A DNA stretch of 64,000 bases from Haliotis rubra (Eukaryota): the NCBI RefSeq assembly GCF_003918875.1, contig NW_025765286.1:124001-188000 (forward strand). Reading direction: 5' to 3'. Below are positions 25,501 through 35,904 of this stretch, in pieces. The position numbers and the translations under genes were made by a program. The notes below the pieces were generated by a model, which ran no database searches, was not told the DNA's origin, and worked only from the letters and a program-made list of their open reading frames with translations. How positions within the stretch are numbered: the first letter of the stretch is position 1; the number at the start of each line of letters is the position of its first letter.

Positions 25501-27915
25501 AAGTTTAGTTGTATTTCACAGATCACAGGTTGCCAGTCACTGGAATCACCAGTTCAGCCTCAATTATTGACGAACTACTGTCATATAGCTGCAGAATTTA
25601 TTGCAGAACATACTGAATGTACAGTTGAAGAACAACTTTCCATGTAAAGTTCACTTTACCAACAGAAACTAAACTGAAGGCAATTAATGAGGCACCATTT
25701 TTTCCTGTCCAGTACCCAGATGCTAGTAAAATGCACCCAGTAAACCAGTCATGTGAATCATGATTAGGGAAGTAGGAACCTTTTTGAAGTATCCAAACCA
25801 AAGGTCATCTTGAAAGGGAAAAACATTGTCTTGCTGCTTATTTTTTGCTATATCTCATACCACAAAACTGAGTGCAGGAATGAAACTTTTTTTAAAATAA
25901 CTTTTTAGATAAAACTCAATCACAGCATGTGTGTGAACAACATCATAAACATATTGTTTTCCAATGTATGTGTTTTTTCTCCAAAACAAAATACTGAAAA
26001 CATGACAATGCAATGATATTTTCCTGTGACAGAGGTCAGTAATAATATCAAGACAATGCTTTCATTCATTCTTTACTTCCACAATGTTAGGACCAGGAAT
26101 GAGACCCAATTGATGCAATTTTGAGAAATGTGTCAATTCAACTAGCCTAAGATTTGGGGCCAAAAGTTATTACGATTTCCATACATTAAACTAAAGCTGT
26201 GTTTTGTGTGTGATAAGGTACCAAGTTTTCTGCTGATTCAATCAACACACATTACCTAAGTTGTAACTAATGCAAGTAGCTTGGTGTAACCATACAGAGG
26301 GGGCGTGGTGGGCGAGCTGGCTAAGGCGCCCGGCTAGTGATCCAGAGAGCTTGAGGTGACAGGATCAAGCCCACCTGTGACCGGGTGGAGTCAACTTTGT
26401 GTGCAGACTCTTTCACTGTTGTCACAACCCCTAGTGTACAGGACACAACCCTGTGCACTTTAAAGAACCCACGAATCTGTTGGTATATGACCAGATGGTG
26501 GCCACATGAATACGTGCAAACACCTAGTTGCAGGTACAGCAGCGTGTTGTAAACTTGGACAAAGTACTGTGACTATGTGTCCCAGTCCATCCAGCTGTGA
26601 ATGGGTACCTCGTTACCTCGGTGCACCTAGTGGTTGCAAGAGTTGTATGATCCCGAGAGAGTTGAGATTGATAATAGGACGTGACGTTAAGATTGACATC
26701 CAGTGATCGAGGGGAAAAACAAAGAGCCTTTGAGCAGCTGAGCTGGATATCTGCACTACACAAATGTTAGTATGTATGTATATGGATGCAATACTTATGA
26801 TTGGATAAAAAATATAACTGGTGGTTTGTTAAGTCATAATAAGTATTACCATGACCTGACAAAATGATCATTTGTTTTCAGCATCTGAAAATAGCTTTGA
26901 TCGTATTTGGACTAACTTGATTTGTTGCAATCACCATAATATTAAGTAACTGCTGTCAAACTGTGTGTGGATGTTTCCATAAGTCTACCATGAACATGAT
27001 GAAGTAAGCGAGGTACATTGCTGCTGATGAAGTAATTGCTAATTTTGTTTCATTATACCATTACCACTTTTCAGATGTGTTTGAAATTATCAATAACAAT
27101 TCATCAACACAGGACTTCACTGTGTCATGTGTACAGCAATATGTAACAACTGTTGTTATCATAGTCATGCTATGGCAAGAAAGATCTCAGCAAGTTAAAT
27201 GATTTTTGCTCATTAGAATAATTGAATATTAACCCAAGATTTCTCACTGATGGAGGTTATCTCTTGGGGCTGAAGAAGAGTGATAAGGCTTGAACCAACT
27301 GTCTGACATATCATAATAATCATGATTTTCTCTTGGTTTTTTTCAAACAAACTGAAGGATGCACATAAACGTAACAGTTATGTGGACCCTACTTCCACAG
27401 AGACTACATTTTTGTGTCAACCGTAAATGACAAATGCAGTCTCAAGAGATAGACACCAAACCATAGTGCATTGTTATTCATATTTACGTATTCCGATATG
27501 GTTAGAATTGCGATGAGCTGTTATGATGTCATATCTTATCTACTTCAGCCAATATTACGGTTATACACCACCCGTTTACTTGGGTTTTTTTTGTTTCAGA
27601 CAATCCCATTGTTGCATTAGAAACAACACCTTTTGTACTGTGTTGAATATATCTACACTAAAAACATTGTCATGGTTATTCAGATGACATTTCGGGTAGG
27701 GAAGTCAAAACTGCCAACCTTTACTCCAATCCAACCTCACTGTTTCTTCACTGCCGCTCTCGTGCCGAGCTGAAAAATGAATGCATACATGTAAAACCAC
27801 TCCTACAGTAAATGCGATGTTTAAAAAAACAAGTCAATATACTGAATAGTACACAATTACCTCGAAATCGGCCACTTCGAATATTACGGCCAGGGCGAAC
27901 CATCGAGGCCGCCAT
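4282..27915 (-). CDS. RICTOR: Rapamycin-insensitive companion of mTOR (mTORC2 scaffold), first 25 coding exons; gene continues beyond window start
   Basis: GT-AG exons with consistent phases (about 915 codons): 27861-27915, 27719-27769, 24428-24587, 23605-23736, 22069-22259, 20325-20497, 19689-19753, 19133-19200, 18598-18680, 18080-18188, 17075-17165, 16437-16503, 16011-16091, 15180-15280, 10119-10296, 9755-9859, 9040-9086, 8792-8927, 7825-7884, 7454-7602, 6683-6809, 6153-6317, 5742-5897, 5164-5270, 4282-4369. Peptides match Rictor: LLHEAKEVRAATLRVLR, LLNHPRTRRYI, DSWRLTEGFVAEE, FHAMKKRG, YATKLLRVLLR..WGIELLISQL, EEQLNEALTTY, VFLPVHLYGQL. Exon 18080-18188 has an in-frame TGA (see findings). 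Confidence 0.96.
7252..7417 (-). mobile_element. tRNA-derived SINE family A ((ACTC)n tail)
   Basis: B-box-like GGGTTCGTTTCCC, body ATGTGTGAAGCCCATTT, tail AATATTGCTAAAAGC..ACTCACTC; many copies in the window. Confidence 0.85.
7950..8193 (-). mobile_element. SINE family B (Nin/Deu-domain-like motif, 3' tail shared with family A)
   Basis: CCATGCTTGTCGTAAGAGGCTACTAA motif; tail TAGCTGGAATATTGCTGAGTG..ACTCACTC; copies at 23968, 34866 and 47551. The domain name is from recall of SINE core domains. Confidence 0.75.
9497..9663 (-). mobile_element. tRNA-derived SINE family A
   Basis: Full copy with A/B boxes (GGTAGCCTAGTGG, GGTTCGATTCCC) and (ACTC)n tail. Confidence 0.88.
11288..15152 (-). mobile_element. 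Decayed, internally deleted DIRS-type retrotransposon (copy 2) in RICTOR intron 14
   Basis: ITRs about 11288-11506 and 14954-15152; ICR at about 11547-11634 whose two halves are complementary to the two element termini; RT remnants (GFYSTYFL..DGEFRPIL, EKVTANPWVL) at 12007-12330; gag Cys/His remnant near 13480-13600. Confidence 0.88.
14046..14810. mobile_element. Non-autonomous Tc1/mariner (pogo-like) MITE nested in DIRS copy 2
   Basis: TA|CAGTTGAGCACCGTTGT ... ACAACGGTGCTCGACTG|TA inverted termini with TA duplication; subterminal ATATCGAG repeats. Confidence 0.8.
15427..15612. mobile_element. Small MITE-like element
   Basis: Inverted termini of about 30 bp: GTGTGGTCGAAGCAAGCCCTCTGATTGG and CCAACCAGAGGGCTTGCTTCAACCACAC. 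Confidence 0.6.
16832..17001 (-). mobile_element. tRNA-derived SINE family A ((AGTC)n tail variant)
   Basis: Full copy; the flanking TTTCAGTAGGAC is duplicated on both sides. Confidence 0.9.
17512..17860. mobile_element. Penelope-like element remnant with inverted ends and hammerhead-like core
   Basis: Inverted copies of GAAACGTGTTCCTCATAATAAAGAA..GACATCCATAAAAC at 17512-17565 and 17777-17830; minus strand reads CTGATGA-AGGAGTA-aggata-TACTCC-GAAAC. Confidence 0.65.
18915..19101. mobile_element. Tc1/mariner-type MITE with an internal SINE B fragment
   Basis: Inverted termini CAGTGAAACCCTGTTAATC and GACTAACAGGGTTCCACTG. Confidence 0.55.
19272..19518. repeat. Assembly gap (128 N) followed by a (GA)n microsatellite
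   Basis: N run at 19272-19399; GA dinucleotide run at about 19439-19518. Confidence 0.95.
21330..22020 (+). mobile_element. Helentron-associated (HINE/DINE-like) repeat with tandem subunits, interrupted by a SINE at about 21434-21722
   Basis: Two subunits (CCTTGAA..AAGGTCA.CCAAATTGACTGGTGTC..ACCAAATTTGAAGAC), a GGAC microsatellite near 21945-21960 and a 3' GTCCC...GGGAC stem-loop. This architecture is typical of mollusc HINEs (inference). Confidence 0.55.
22526..22696 (-). mobile_element. tRNA-derived SINE family A
   Basis: Full copy; flanking CCAGATAAATAAGA duplicated. Confidence 0.88.
22752..22992. mobile_element. MITE (hAT-like termini)
   Basis: CAAGGGTGGAAATAACT ... AGTTATTTCCACCCCTG; ATGTT on both sides. 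Confidence 0.65.
23010..23672. repeat. 86-bp tandem repeat derived from the RICTOR exon 4/intron 4 junction
   Basis: CTAGCAA register at 23433, 23519 and 23605 (the real exon); further decayed copies toward 23010. Confidence 0.85.
23968..24236 (+). mobile_element. SINE family B
   Basis: Same body and tail as 7950-8193, with an internal duplication of about 35 bp. Confidence 0.8.
26299..26770 (+). mobile_element. Composite tRNA SINE family D (MESC-like and CORE-like blocks)
   Basis: tRNA-like head, GAGTCAACTTTGTGTGCAGACTC block, CATCCAGCTGTGAATGGGTACC block; 3' end shared with 21590-21722 (+) and 20906-21075 (-). Domain names are from recall. Confidence 0.65.
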
Positions 27916-28100
27916 ATTGGTGGCTCCCAAAATGACGATTTTTTGGAAAGTCGCAAAATTGAAAGCCCTATTATGTTAACCTTTCACGTTGACAGCAATA
28001 CATCCGATTTTTATATCGATGTTACAAGCAATGTTTATGTTATTTGGGTAAAAAATAGTATTTTTATGTCGTAAATGATGCCGACTCGTTAACGACAATC
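27916..28100. promoter_or_regulatory. Putative bidirectional promoter between RICTOR and DFPase-like copy A
   Basis: Divergent start codons 185 bp apart (27915 minus, 28101 plus); locally CpG-richer. Confidence 0.6.
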
Positions 28101-31100
28101 ATGGCTGACTTGGGGAACATGGTCTTTCTAGCTGCTTTCACCTGTTTTTTGTTTCTGGCTCATGGGTTTGCAACTAAACATTCTTCTTGTTGTTTTTTTT
28201 TGTTTTTCTTAATGATATACTAGCATGTTTTAAATATATCCACTGATTTGTGTGTGTTGTTGTTACAATTTGATATCACTATAATTGTTTACTTTTGATG
28301 CAAACCTAACTTGGTTGAAGAGCCCGGATTTAAACCTGGAAAATGAATTCACTGAAAAGGTTCCGTAGATAGGCTGAATCATGGAGAAACCTAATTGCAA
28401 AGTTGAATCTGAAAGATGATAATTACATAATACACCTTTTCATTTTTAATAAATAATATATTGGTGAAAAAAGTTTGTAGCAGTATATGTTTTCTGCTGT
28501 GTAATTAGCAGTTGCATATGTCACATATTACCCAGGTAAATGTTCTAATGGTCTGGGGAGTGCAGGTGTAAATAGATTGAGCCTTAACATCTTTTGTTAT
28601 GAATGTTCTGTTATGTTGTCAGAATTTCCACATAGCCATATATATTTGTGAGCCAACAGAAGACATAAATGGCAGACTTACTGTACAAACATATTGAAGC
28701 ACCACTGAAGTGCTTGTTATTATTATTAGTGGTACATATTACCCGGACATATTACAGTTACTGCAATGTGCAATGCAGAGTTGCATGTCTTGGGCAAGCC
28801 ACAAACCTATGATTTCTCAGCACCATACCTGTGCTTGTGTCAATGAAAGTGTTAGCATCTGAGACCTGTAGGGCTTGGACAGGTCCAAATTTTCTGCCCA
28901 GGTACCCCACCCCCTATTACCCTACCCTACCCGGATACCCGTTATGTTAATTCCTGGCATCAAATATGCAAGAAATGGCAATATATTCTTCAGCTCGGAG
29001 GCTAAAATGTCATGGTTTGCAATGTCTTAATCATGTATTATATTCAACATAGGTAACTCTAAATTATGTCTAAATCTTCTAAGACAATATAACCTTTTAA
29101 TCATGAAAGAATAACATATTACAATGTTTAATCTGTTAGTCACATGATCTTAACAGGTCTGGGTATTGAGATGGGCTAACTCATTACCCACCCATCCCGG
29201 GTATCAGGGTTACCCGTCCCAGCCCTAGAGACCTGCATCACTTTGTGCTTTCCTTCCACAATGTTTCAGATTAGAAAACAATGCTAGAACTTCTGAAGCT
29301 GTTAATGTTGAGTACAATTTTACTCAAGTTCTTGATGGAATTCCTGGTGCTGAAGGACCGGTGTTCAACAATAGGTCGTACTTCTACATGGTTGCTCCAG
29401 AAGTTGAAAAGAATGGGAAATACGCAGGACAAGTATTAAAAGTTGACTTGGAAAAGAAACAGGTATTGTCATGGATAAGACCTTGTAGTCAAAATATTAT
29501 TCTTTACTGGACATGCCAAATATACGAGCAGACAATGGTAAAACTACAGTATGATTTCCCCAACTTAACAAGCACTCGTTAGTTCATTACTTATTGGCTG
29601 AGGTGCAGATGTGCAGAATTGATTCTCTCACTTCAGATGCAAACTTACAGTGTGGGAAGTGTGCATGATATAGCATGTATATAAATATATATCATATATT
29701 AATCACTTGAATACAATTTAAGAAACAACTGCATGAATTTGTTCTCACCAGTAGTGGCAGAGCCTCTCTTTAACTATTTCAGACAAGTGTGTTTCTTGAG
29801 CCGTCTGTCAATGGCTATGGCGGAATCCCAGCTGGTATGCAGTTTGGTAAAGATGGAACTTTTCGAGTTTCTGATATGAGACTTGGAATTCTCAAAGTCA
29901 CACCTGATGGTAACATGACACAGGTAAATATGTAGAACATAAATGAGAACATGATGATACTTATAATCTAGTTTGAGGATTCATGGAATCCTATTTATGT
30001 TGCTCAAGAATCTGATTGTTGTCTCTTGCAAAAATTTAAGTACTGGAGCCTCTGTAGCCTATGCTTCTTTGAGATGATTAATGTGGACCATGTGGTCATG
30101 TGAGACCAGATGATTGGATATCACCATCATGTTGCTACTTACCATGGTTACAGGTTGCTTTTATACAGCTAAAATATTGCGGATTGCGTCATTAGACAAT
30201 GCCCTTCACACACACTCTTTAATTGTTATGTTGGTGGTCCAGTGGACTTTCCACTCACTCACTGACTGCCTCCGTGGTGTGGTTGTTAGAGTGTCCTCCT
30301 GGAGAGCGGAAGGTCGCAGGTTCGATCCCCAGCCGCGTCATACCGAAAGATGTTAAAATATGGTACTTGTTGGTCCCTGCCTGATGCTCGGCTTTAATTG
30401 GTACAACAAGGACTGGTCGGCTTGGAGTCAGTATAATGTGTCTGAGTGGGGTATTCATGTTTAAGTGGAGCATGGTATCTTCAGTGAGCTGGCACTATAA
30501 AAGCAGCCACACATACACATGCATGCACGTTGTCATATGAGCAAAATATTCTTAAGTACAATGTTAAACCCAATTTCACATCACATCACCTCTAACTGTT
30601 ATGTGGGTTGTCCAGTGGACTTTCCACTCACTCACTCACTCACTCACTCACTCGTTCTCTCACTCACTTGTTCTCTCACTCACCATTTTACCTATATCAT
30701 TTAATCTATAAATGTGGAGTAAATAGCACTGATCGATCCTGTTGCTGAAACTCTGTGTATTTCAGCTGAGTAAGAATGACAGCGAGGGACGTCCGATGCA
30801 GGGATGTAATGACTGCATATTTGACTACCAGGGGTCACTGTGGGTCACGGCGCCAGCAGGAGAGATAGCTCCAGCTCCATACACAAGGTCCTTCCAGGTG
30901 AGACGAGGGACTTTACAATTGGGATCAGGAGGTAACTTAGACTGATAGCAAATATTAACATGTGGAATTCACTATTATATTCTTTAGATGATTATGGATT
31001 TTTGGGATACCTTGATGTGACATTTTACTGTTTTAGGATCCCTTTGGCTCCGTGTACTGCATGCTTAGAAATGGGGATGTCATAAGAGTGGACACTGGGA

Positions 31101-31950
31101 TTCGTTTCCCTAACGGTATAGCTGTGCTACACTCAGATGACGACAAACCCAGGAAACTGATTGTAGCCGAGACCCCAACAAAACTGCTGTGGGGATACGA
31201 CATCATCGAGCCCTGGAAAGGTTGCCAACAAGACAGTATGGGGGAGACTCCCTGGTAAGAAAGTGTTACCCTGAAATGTTTCACATTTTCACTGTTTTCC
31301 TATGAAACAAAATATGTTATAAGAAGGAATTCTTTTTATATTGCTAAGTTAAATTGTGTTTACATAAAGTTATTAAAAACTTTAAATGTATCATTATAAG
31401 CATTTTCAGACATGTTCATTTCACTAAAAAAACTGATCATTTATGTTCCTTTTGCTTTACCAAATATAGCAGCATGGGTCATTTTTTTTTAGATGACTTT
31501 CATTTTTCAAACTTTACGAAAATGTTTTTCCTGCTCTGATATCCATCTCACATGGTAGGGTGGGATAGCCAGGAGGTTAGAGCGTCTGTTTGTCACACTG
31601 AAGACCTGGGTTCGATTCCCCACATGGGTACAATGTGTGAAGCCCATTTCTGGTGTCCCATGCTGTGATGTTGCTGGAATATTGCTAAAATTGTTGTATA
31701 AACCATACTCACTCACTCACTCCATCTCACATGAAAAACGTCTGAGTCTGTGGCATGAAACAGCATTAACTCACTCTGTGCTATTTATGTGGTGAGGCAT
31801 GAGGGTGGAGCTGATGGGATGGACTTTGACTCCAGGATAACAATCTCCTGGTTGCGACTGGGGCAGTGGATACATAGAAGTGTTCTGTCGAGGAGGGTGG
31901 ATTTGCCACAGAAACGCATCAAGTGTCCTTTCTCCAAAGTCAGCAATATT
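28101..31950 (+). CDS. DFPase-like (SMP-30/gluconolactonase family) copy A with predicted signal peptide; 3' end damaged or truncated in this assembly
   Basis: Exons 28101-28165 (MADLGNMVFLAAFTCFLFLAHG), 29270-29462 (GIPGAEGPVF..VAPEVEKNG), 29783-29923 (VNGYGGIPAG..DMRLG), 30766-30897 (MQGCNDC), 31037-31254 (FPNGIAV..AETPT; one extra C near 31211), and about 31792-31950 (HEGGADGMDFD, several indels, cut after SNI). Strong similarity to squid DFPase motifs. Confidence 0.8.
28869..29227. mobile_element. hAT-family MITE in intron 1 of DFPase copy A
   Basis: TAGGGCT...AGCCCTA termini with a perfect 8-bp TSD, GAGACCTG. Confidence 0.85.
30267..30590 (+). mobile_element. tRNA SINE family C (V-domain-like)
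   Basis: tRNA head GGTGTGGTTGTTAGAG..GGTTCGATCCC followed by GTCATACCGAAAGATGTTAAAATATGGTAC; second copy at 53760-54090 (-). Confidence 0.75.
31555..31722 (+). mobile_element. tRNA-derived SINE family A
   Basis: Full copy; CCATCTCACATG flank duplicated. Confidence 0.85.
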
Positions 31951-31991
31951 TCATGTATAGAGTGTATTATACCGGCACGTGTGTCATACCG

Positions 31992-32714
31992 TATATGTTA
32001 CAGGGAATGTGTGAAACCAGGGATTTCATGTAATCCCTAAAAGAGTCAGTGATTTTGTGAAATCTCTGTGACCCCCAGGGATTTCAAGGGATCTCATGTA
32101 AGTACTGAAATATTGGCTCAGTGATTTCATATGAAACCCCTGGAGCCTTTATTGAAATAGAAAACACCAAATTTATGTTGCGAATACAGAGTATATGCTG
32201 ATAATATTCATCTATTTGGACAAGATAGACTGTTATGACAGCGGCTATTACACTTCAGTCCCATTTTAAAACATTTACAACGTCTCGATTTACACTGGTT
32301 ACGACCACAATATTACATTTCTGGAAACCCTGACCACCACAATTCGACTCGGAAATCACAGCAGTCCAGAGAGATACTTCTTCGTCCATTGTCACAACAT
32401 TCGCAGAGAGTGAACAAACCTTTGAGGATACCGGATTTCACGCCTTTAACAATAACAACACCAATATATAAACCACTCCCAGGTAATGGCTCTGGATCAG
32501 TGTCCATTTAAGTTGCAAACGTTACTTTCACACATTCACTGATAACCTAACAGGAGTGTTAATGTAACACCATGAACATCAGCAATTTCATGAAATCCCT
32601 TAAAATTTTAGGGAATACACGAAATCTCTTGGGGTCACAGTGATTTCACAAAATCACTGGCTCTTTTAGGGATTTCGTGAAATTCTTGGTTTCACACATT
32701 CCCTGTAACATATA
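31992..32714. mobile_element. Long-TIR foldback MITE upstream of DFPase copy B
   Basis: Inverted termini of about 130-150 bp, TATATGTTACAGGGAATGTGTGAAACCA...; duplicate at 39097-39847. Confidence 0.8.
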
Positions 32715-33457
32715 TGCGTCTTTGCTCATAGTACTGATTTTACAAAAAGTAGTTTTCATTTAATTTATTTTGGACTTTCCGAACGATTACATAAATCCAC
32801 TTGTTATGGTGTTTCCACGTATTGGTCTATTTTCATTAGTACAGATCTGTATAAGTGTCGTTGAGTGCAAGTTTTAACACTGCTCTTTAACAATCTCCGC
32901 ATATCAGTTGTGGTCCCAGTTTAAAAACGACAACAATGGCGGAAAACCCGGAAGCAGTTGTAGTAGAGCCGCAATTTTCGAAAATTGTAGATGGCTTGTT
33001 TTCGGCAGAAGGTCCAGTGTTTGACAAAAACGGGAACTTTTCATGGTAGCTCCATGTTTTTACGCATGATACCTATGGTTATCTTATGTTGGGTTGGACT
33101 AAATTGATATTTTTAGACGTGTTAGTCCAAATATGGTTAACAGAATATAATTAACATGTTTCATGTAACGTCCAATTTCATTTAGGCATAAAATTATTGT
33201 CAAATATACATGTGTCTCTCATTTGAGTATGTCCAATTTCATTTGGATGTAACTTCAAAACTAGAGACCAGTCTGACCATGATAGTATCTGCATAATATA
33301 GGCTGACATATAATGAAGCTTTTCATTTCACTTAAACCTGGATTGTGGCAGCTCAAAACTATTCATGTTTCTCATGATCTTTTATAAATCAACAATCCAT
33401 GAAAGTAAACTTATGTGACCTCATTGGCCATCTGCCACTAACAGGATTTCACTAACT

Positions 33458-33608
33458 TGTTTGAGTGGCATTTTAGAATTTAATACGAACATTATAGAAC
33501 AATTTTTATGGATAACAACTTCTTTATTTCGATAGTGCGACTTGAGCATCGAATCGTCGCAGTCACGAAATAAAGAAGTCGTTATCCATAAAAAATGTTC
33601 TATATTGT
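33458..33608. mobile_element. 151-bp palindromic Penelope-like micro-insertion
   Basis: 15-bp TSD AGGATTTCACTAACT (33443-33457 and 33609-33623); absent from the paralogous intron near 41240; inverted AATAAAGAAGTYGTTATCCATAAAAA arms. Confidence 0.75.
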
Positions 33609-34865
33609 AGGATTTCACTAACTAACCGGATTTTTGATGGCCACTTTGATCAGTTAGCATTGATGCTGATGTTGTGAGCACTGATCTTGGCCGTCAGTGC
33701 ACCATGACATGCAAATCTGATCCAGTCATTTGCTGAGGACCTTTAGTAACCCTGAGGTAATCAGTGTTAATACATATGATACATTATCCTGAGTAATACT
33801 ACAGATACTAACAACAACAACAATAATAATAATAGAATGTATGATGTACAATTTATGTGTTCGAACTCTGTTATCAAGAAAGTGAAAGTGTTAGAACCTG
33901 CACTGAATTGTCACTCCCACTGTGATTAACAAGCTGTTCCATAATATTCTTATTTTCCTTAATACTCCAACTTCTAAATACCTCTTAGAAATAAGATACA
34001 TGTTTGTTTGTGAGTAATTGTGGTTACTGCACCTGCACCAGATCCAAACTTGAAAACATGTAAACCAGTGAGGCAGACAATCATCTTTAATTATCCAGTG
34101 TATTATATTTGAAGGCCATTTGCTTATGTACCCCAACCCAATCACTACCATAGCTATGTACTTGACCCTTCATGATTTAAACAACTCAAGCTGCCTTGTG
34201 TATTACACAGCAGAGAATTTTGTGGATGGCTTTATTTAGGATTGAGATTTTGACCAAATATGGGTACAATATTCTGGATAAGATGGATGGAATTTGGGAC
34301 TGTCCTTTGCTAAAAAAGAGTGCATTTGAATTGATACAGAGAATCTAAATAGCAACTATCCAGAGGGCAAATTAGTGAACTCCATGATCTCTATGTATAT
34401 ATTCAAAACTAAGTGGATTCATTGTTATGGTATGATGTGGGTTCCATGATGTGATAGCAAGGAAACAGAATTCAATGGAAGCTGATGGAAGCAGAGCAAC
34501 TCTTAGATGTTTAGGGTTTGAAAGAAGTCAAATACTCAGACATCTGAAACTAATGATGTGCTATGTGGACGCAGGTGTGTCGCCAGGACAGCGAGGGACG
34601 TCCGATGCAGGGATGTAATGACTGCATATTTGACTACCAGGGGTCACTGTGGGTCACAGCACCAGCAGAAGAGATAGCTCCAGCTCCATTCACAAAGTCA
34701 AAGGAGGTTTGTGTGTTGTCAAGGAACGGCTTGGGATTTATCCAGACCTTCCAATAGGCTGATATGTGGCCTTGTGTATGCAGTACATGTCAAAATAATA
34801 CAAAATAATTAGATTTACATTTTTTCCAATTCTTGTTGATCTGCAAACTATTTGTGGTTTTGTTG

Positions 34866-35101
34866 ACCTGTGAAGATCTGGGTTAGAATGGATCTTCAGT
34901 AACCCGTGCTTGTCGTAAGACTCGACTAATGGGATCGGGTGGTCAGGCTGGCGGACTTGGTTGACACATGTCATCGTATCCCAATTGCGTAGATCGATGC
35001 TCATGCTGTTGATCACTGGATTGTCCGGTCCACACTCGATTATTTACAGACCGCCCCCATATAGCTGGAATATTGCTGAGTGCGGCGTAAAACTAAACTC
35101 A
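34866..35101 (+). mobile_element. SINE family B, present in copy B intron only
   Basis: Matches family B; not present in the corresponding intron of copy C. Confidence 0.85.
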
Positions 35102-35737
35102 GTGACTTTCTCAATGTTTTGTTCTTCAACAGTACTTGTTGCAACAGTGTTTACTAATAAGTTACCTCCCCTGTATTGCTGTATTGTTGATCTCTTCCAC
35201 CATTACAGGAGCCATTTGGATCAGTGTACTGCATGCTGACAAGTGGTCAAGTTGTCCGAGTGGACACTGGTATTCGTTTTCCCAACGGCATTGCAGTTCT
35301 ACATACAGATGACGGGCGTCCCAAGAAGCTGATCGTGGCAGAGACCCCCACTAAGTTGCTGTGGAGTTATGACATTGTGGAGCCAGGCAAAGTTGCCAAT
35401 AAAACTATCTGGGGACGACTATCAGGTAATAGATAGTGCTGTATGTTTGGAGCTTATACATGATCAAATCTGGACCAAACAATCCAGTGACAGCAATTAT
35501 GATCCTTGTCGTCAGAGTATGACACACTGTCAACCTGATGAAGATAATCTAGCTATCTGAAGCTAATCCAGACATTTGTCCATTTTTACAAAAGTTACAG
35601 ATCCTGACTTAATGTATTGCTTAAATGATTCTAATTTTTGTGAATATACATCGATAACACCATATTATGTCCACAACAGAAGATTTCATTTGAACAAACT
35701 TCCTTCTATGTGAGACTCAAAAGTCAATAATCAAACA

Positions 35738-35904
35738 GGGTAGTTGGGTAGCCTTGTGGTCAAAGTGTTCGCTCGTCACGCTAAAGACCCAGGTTCGATT
35801 CCCCACACGGGTACAATGTGTGAAGCCCATTTCTGGTGTCCCCCACCGTGATATTGCTGGAATATTGCTAAATGCGGTGTAAAACCATACTCACTCACTC
35901 ACTC
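35738..35904 (+). mobile_element. tRNA-derived SINE family A (duplicated at 43468-43638)
   Basis: Full copy at the same position in both duplication units. Confidence 0.85.

Noticed and set aside
35535-35565. CTGATGA-AGATA..TATCT-GAAG hammerhead candidate
   Set aside because: No GAAA, no stem I or III, no family tail, and the stem is weakened in the paralog near 43270.
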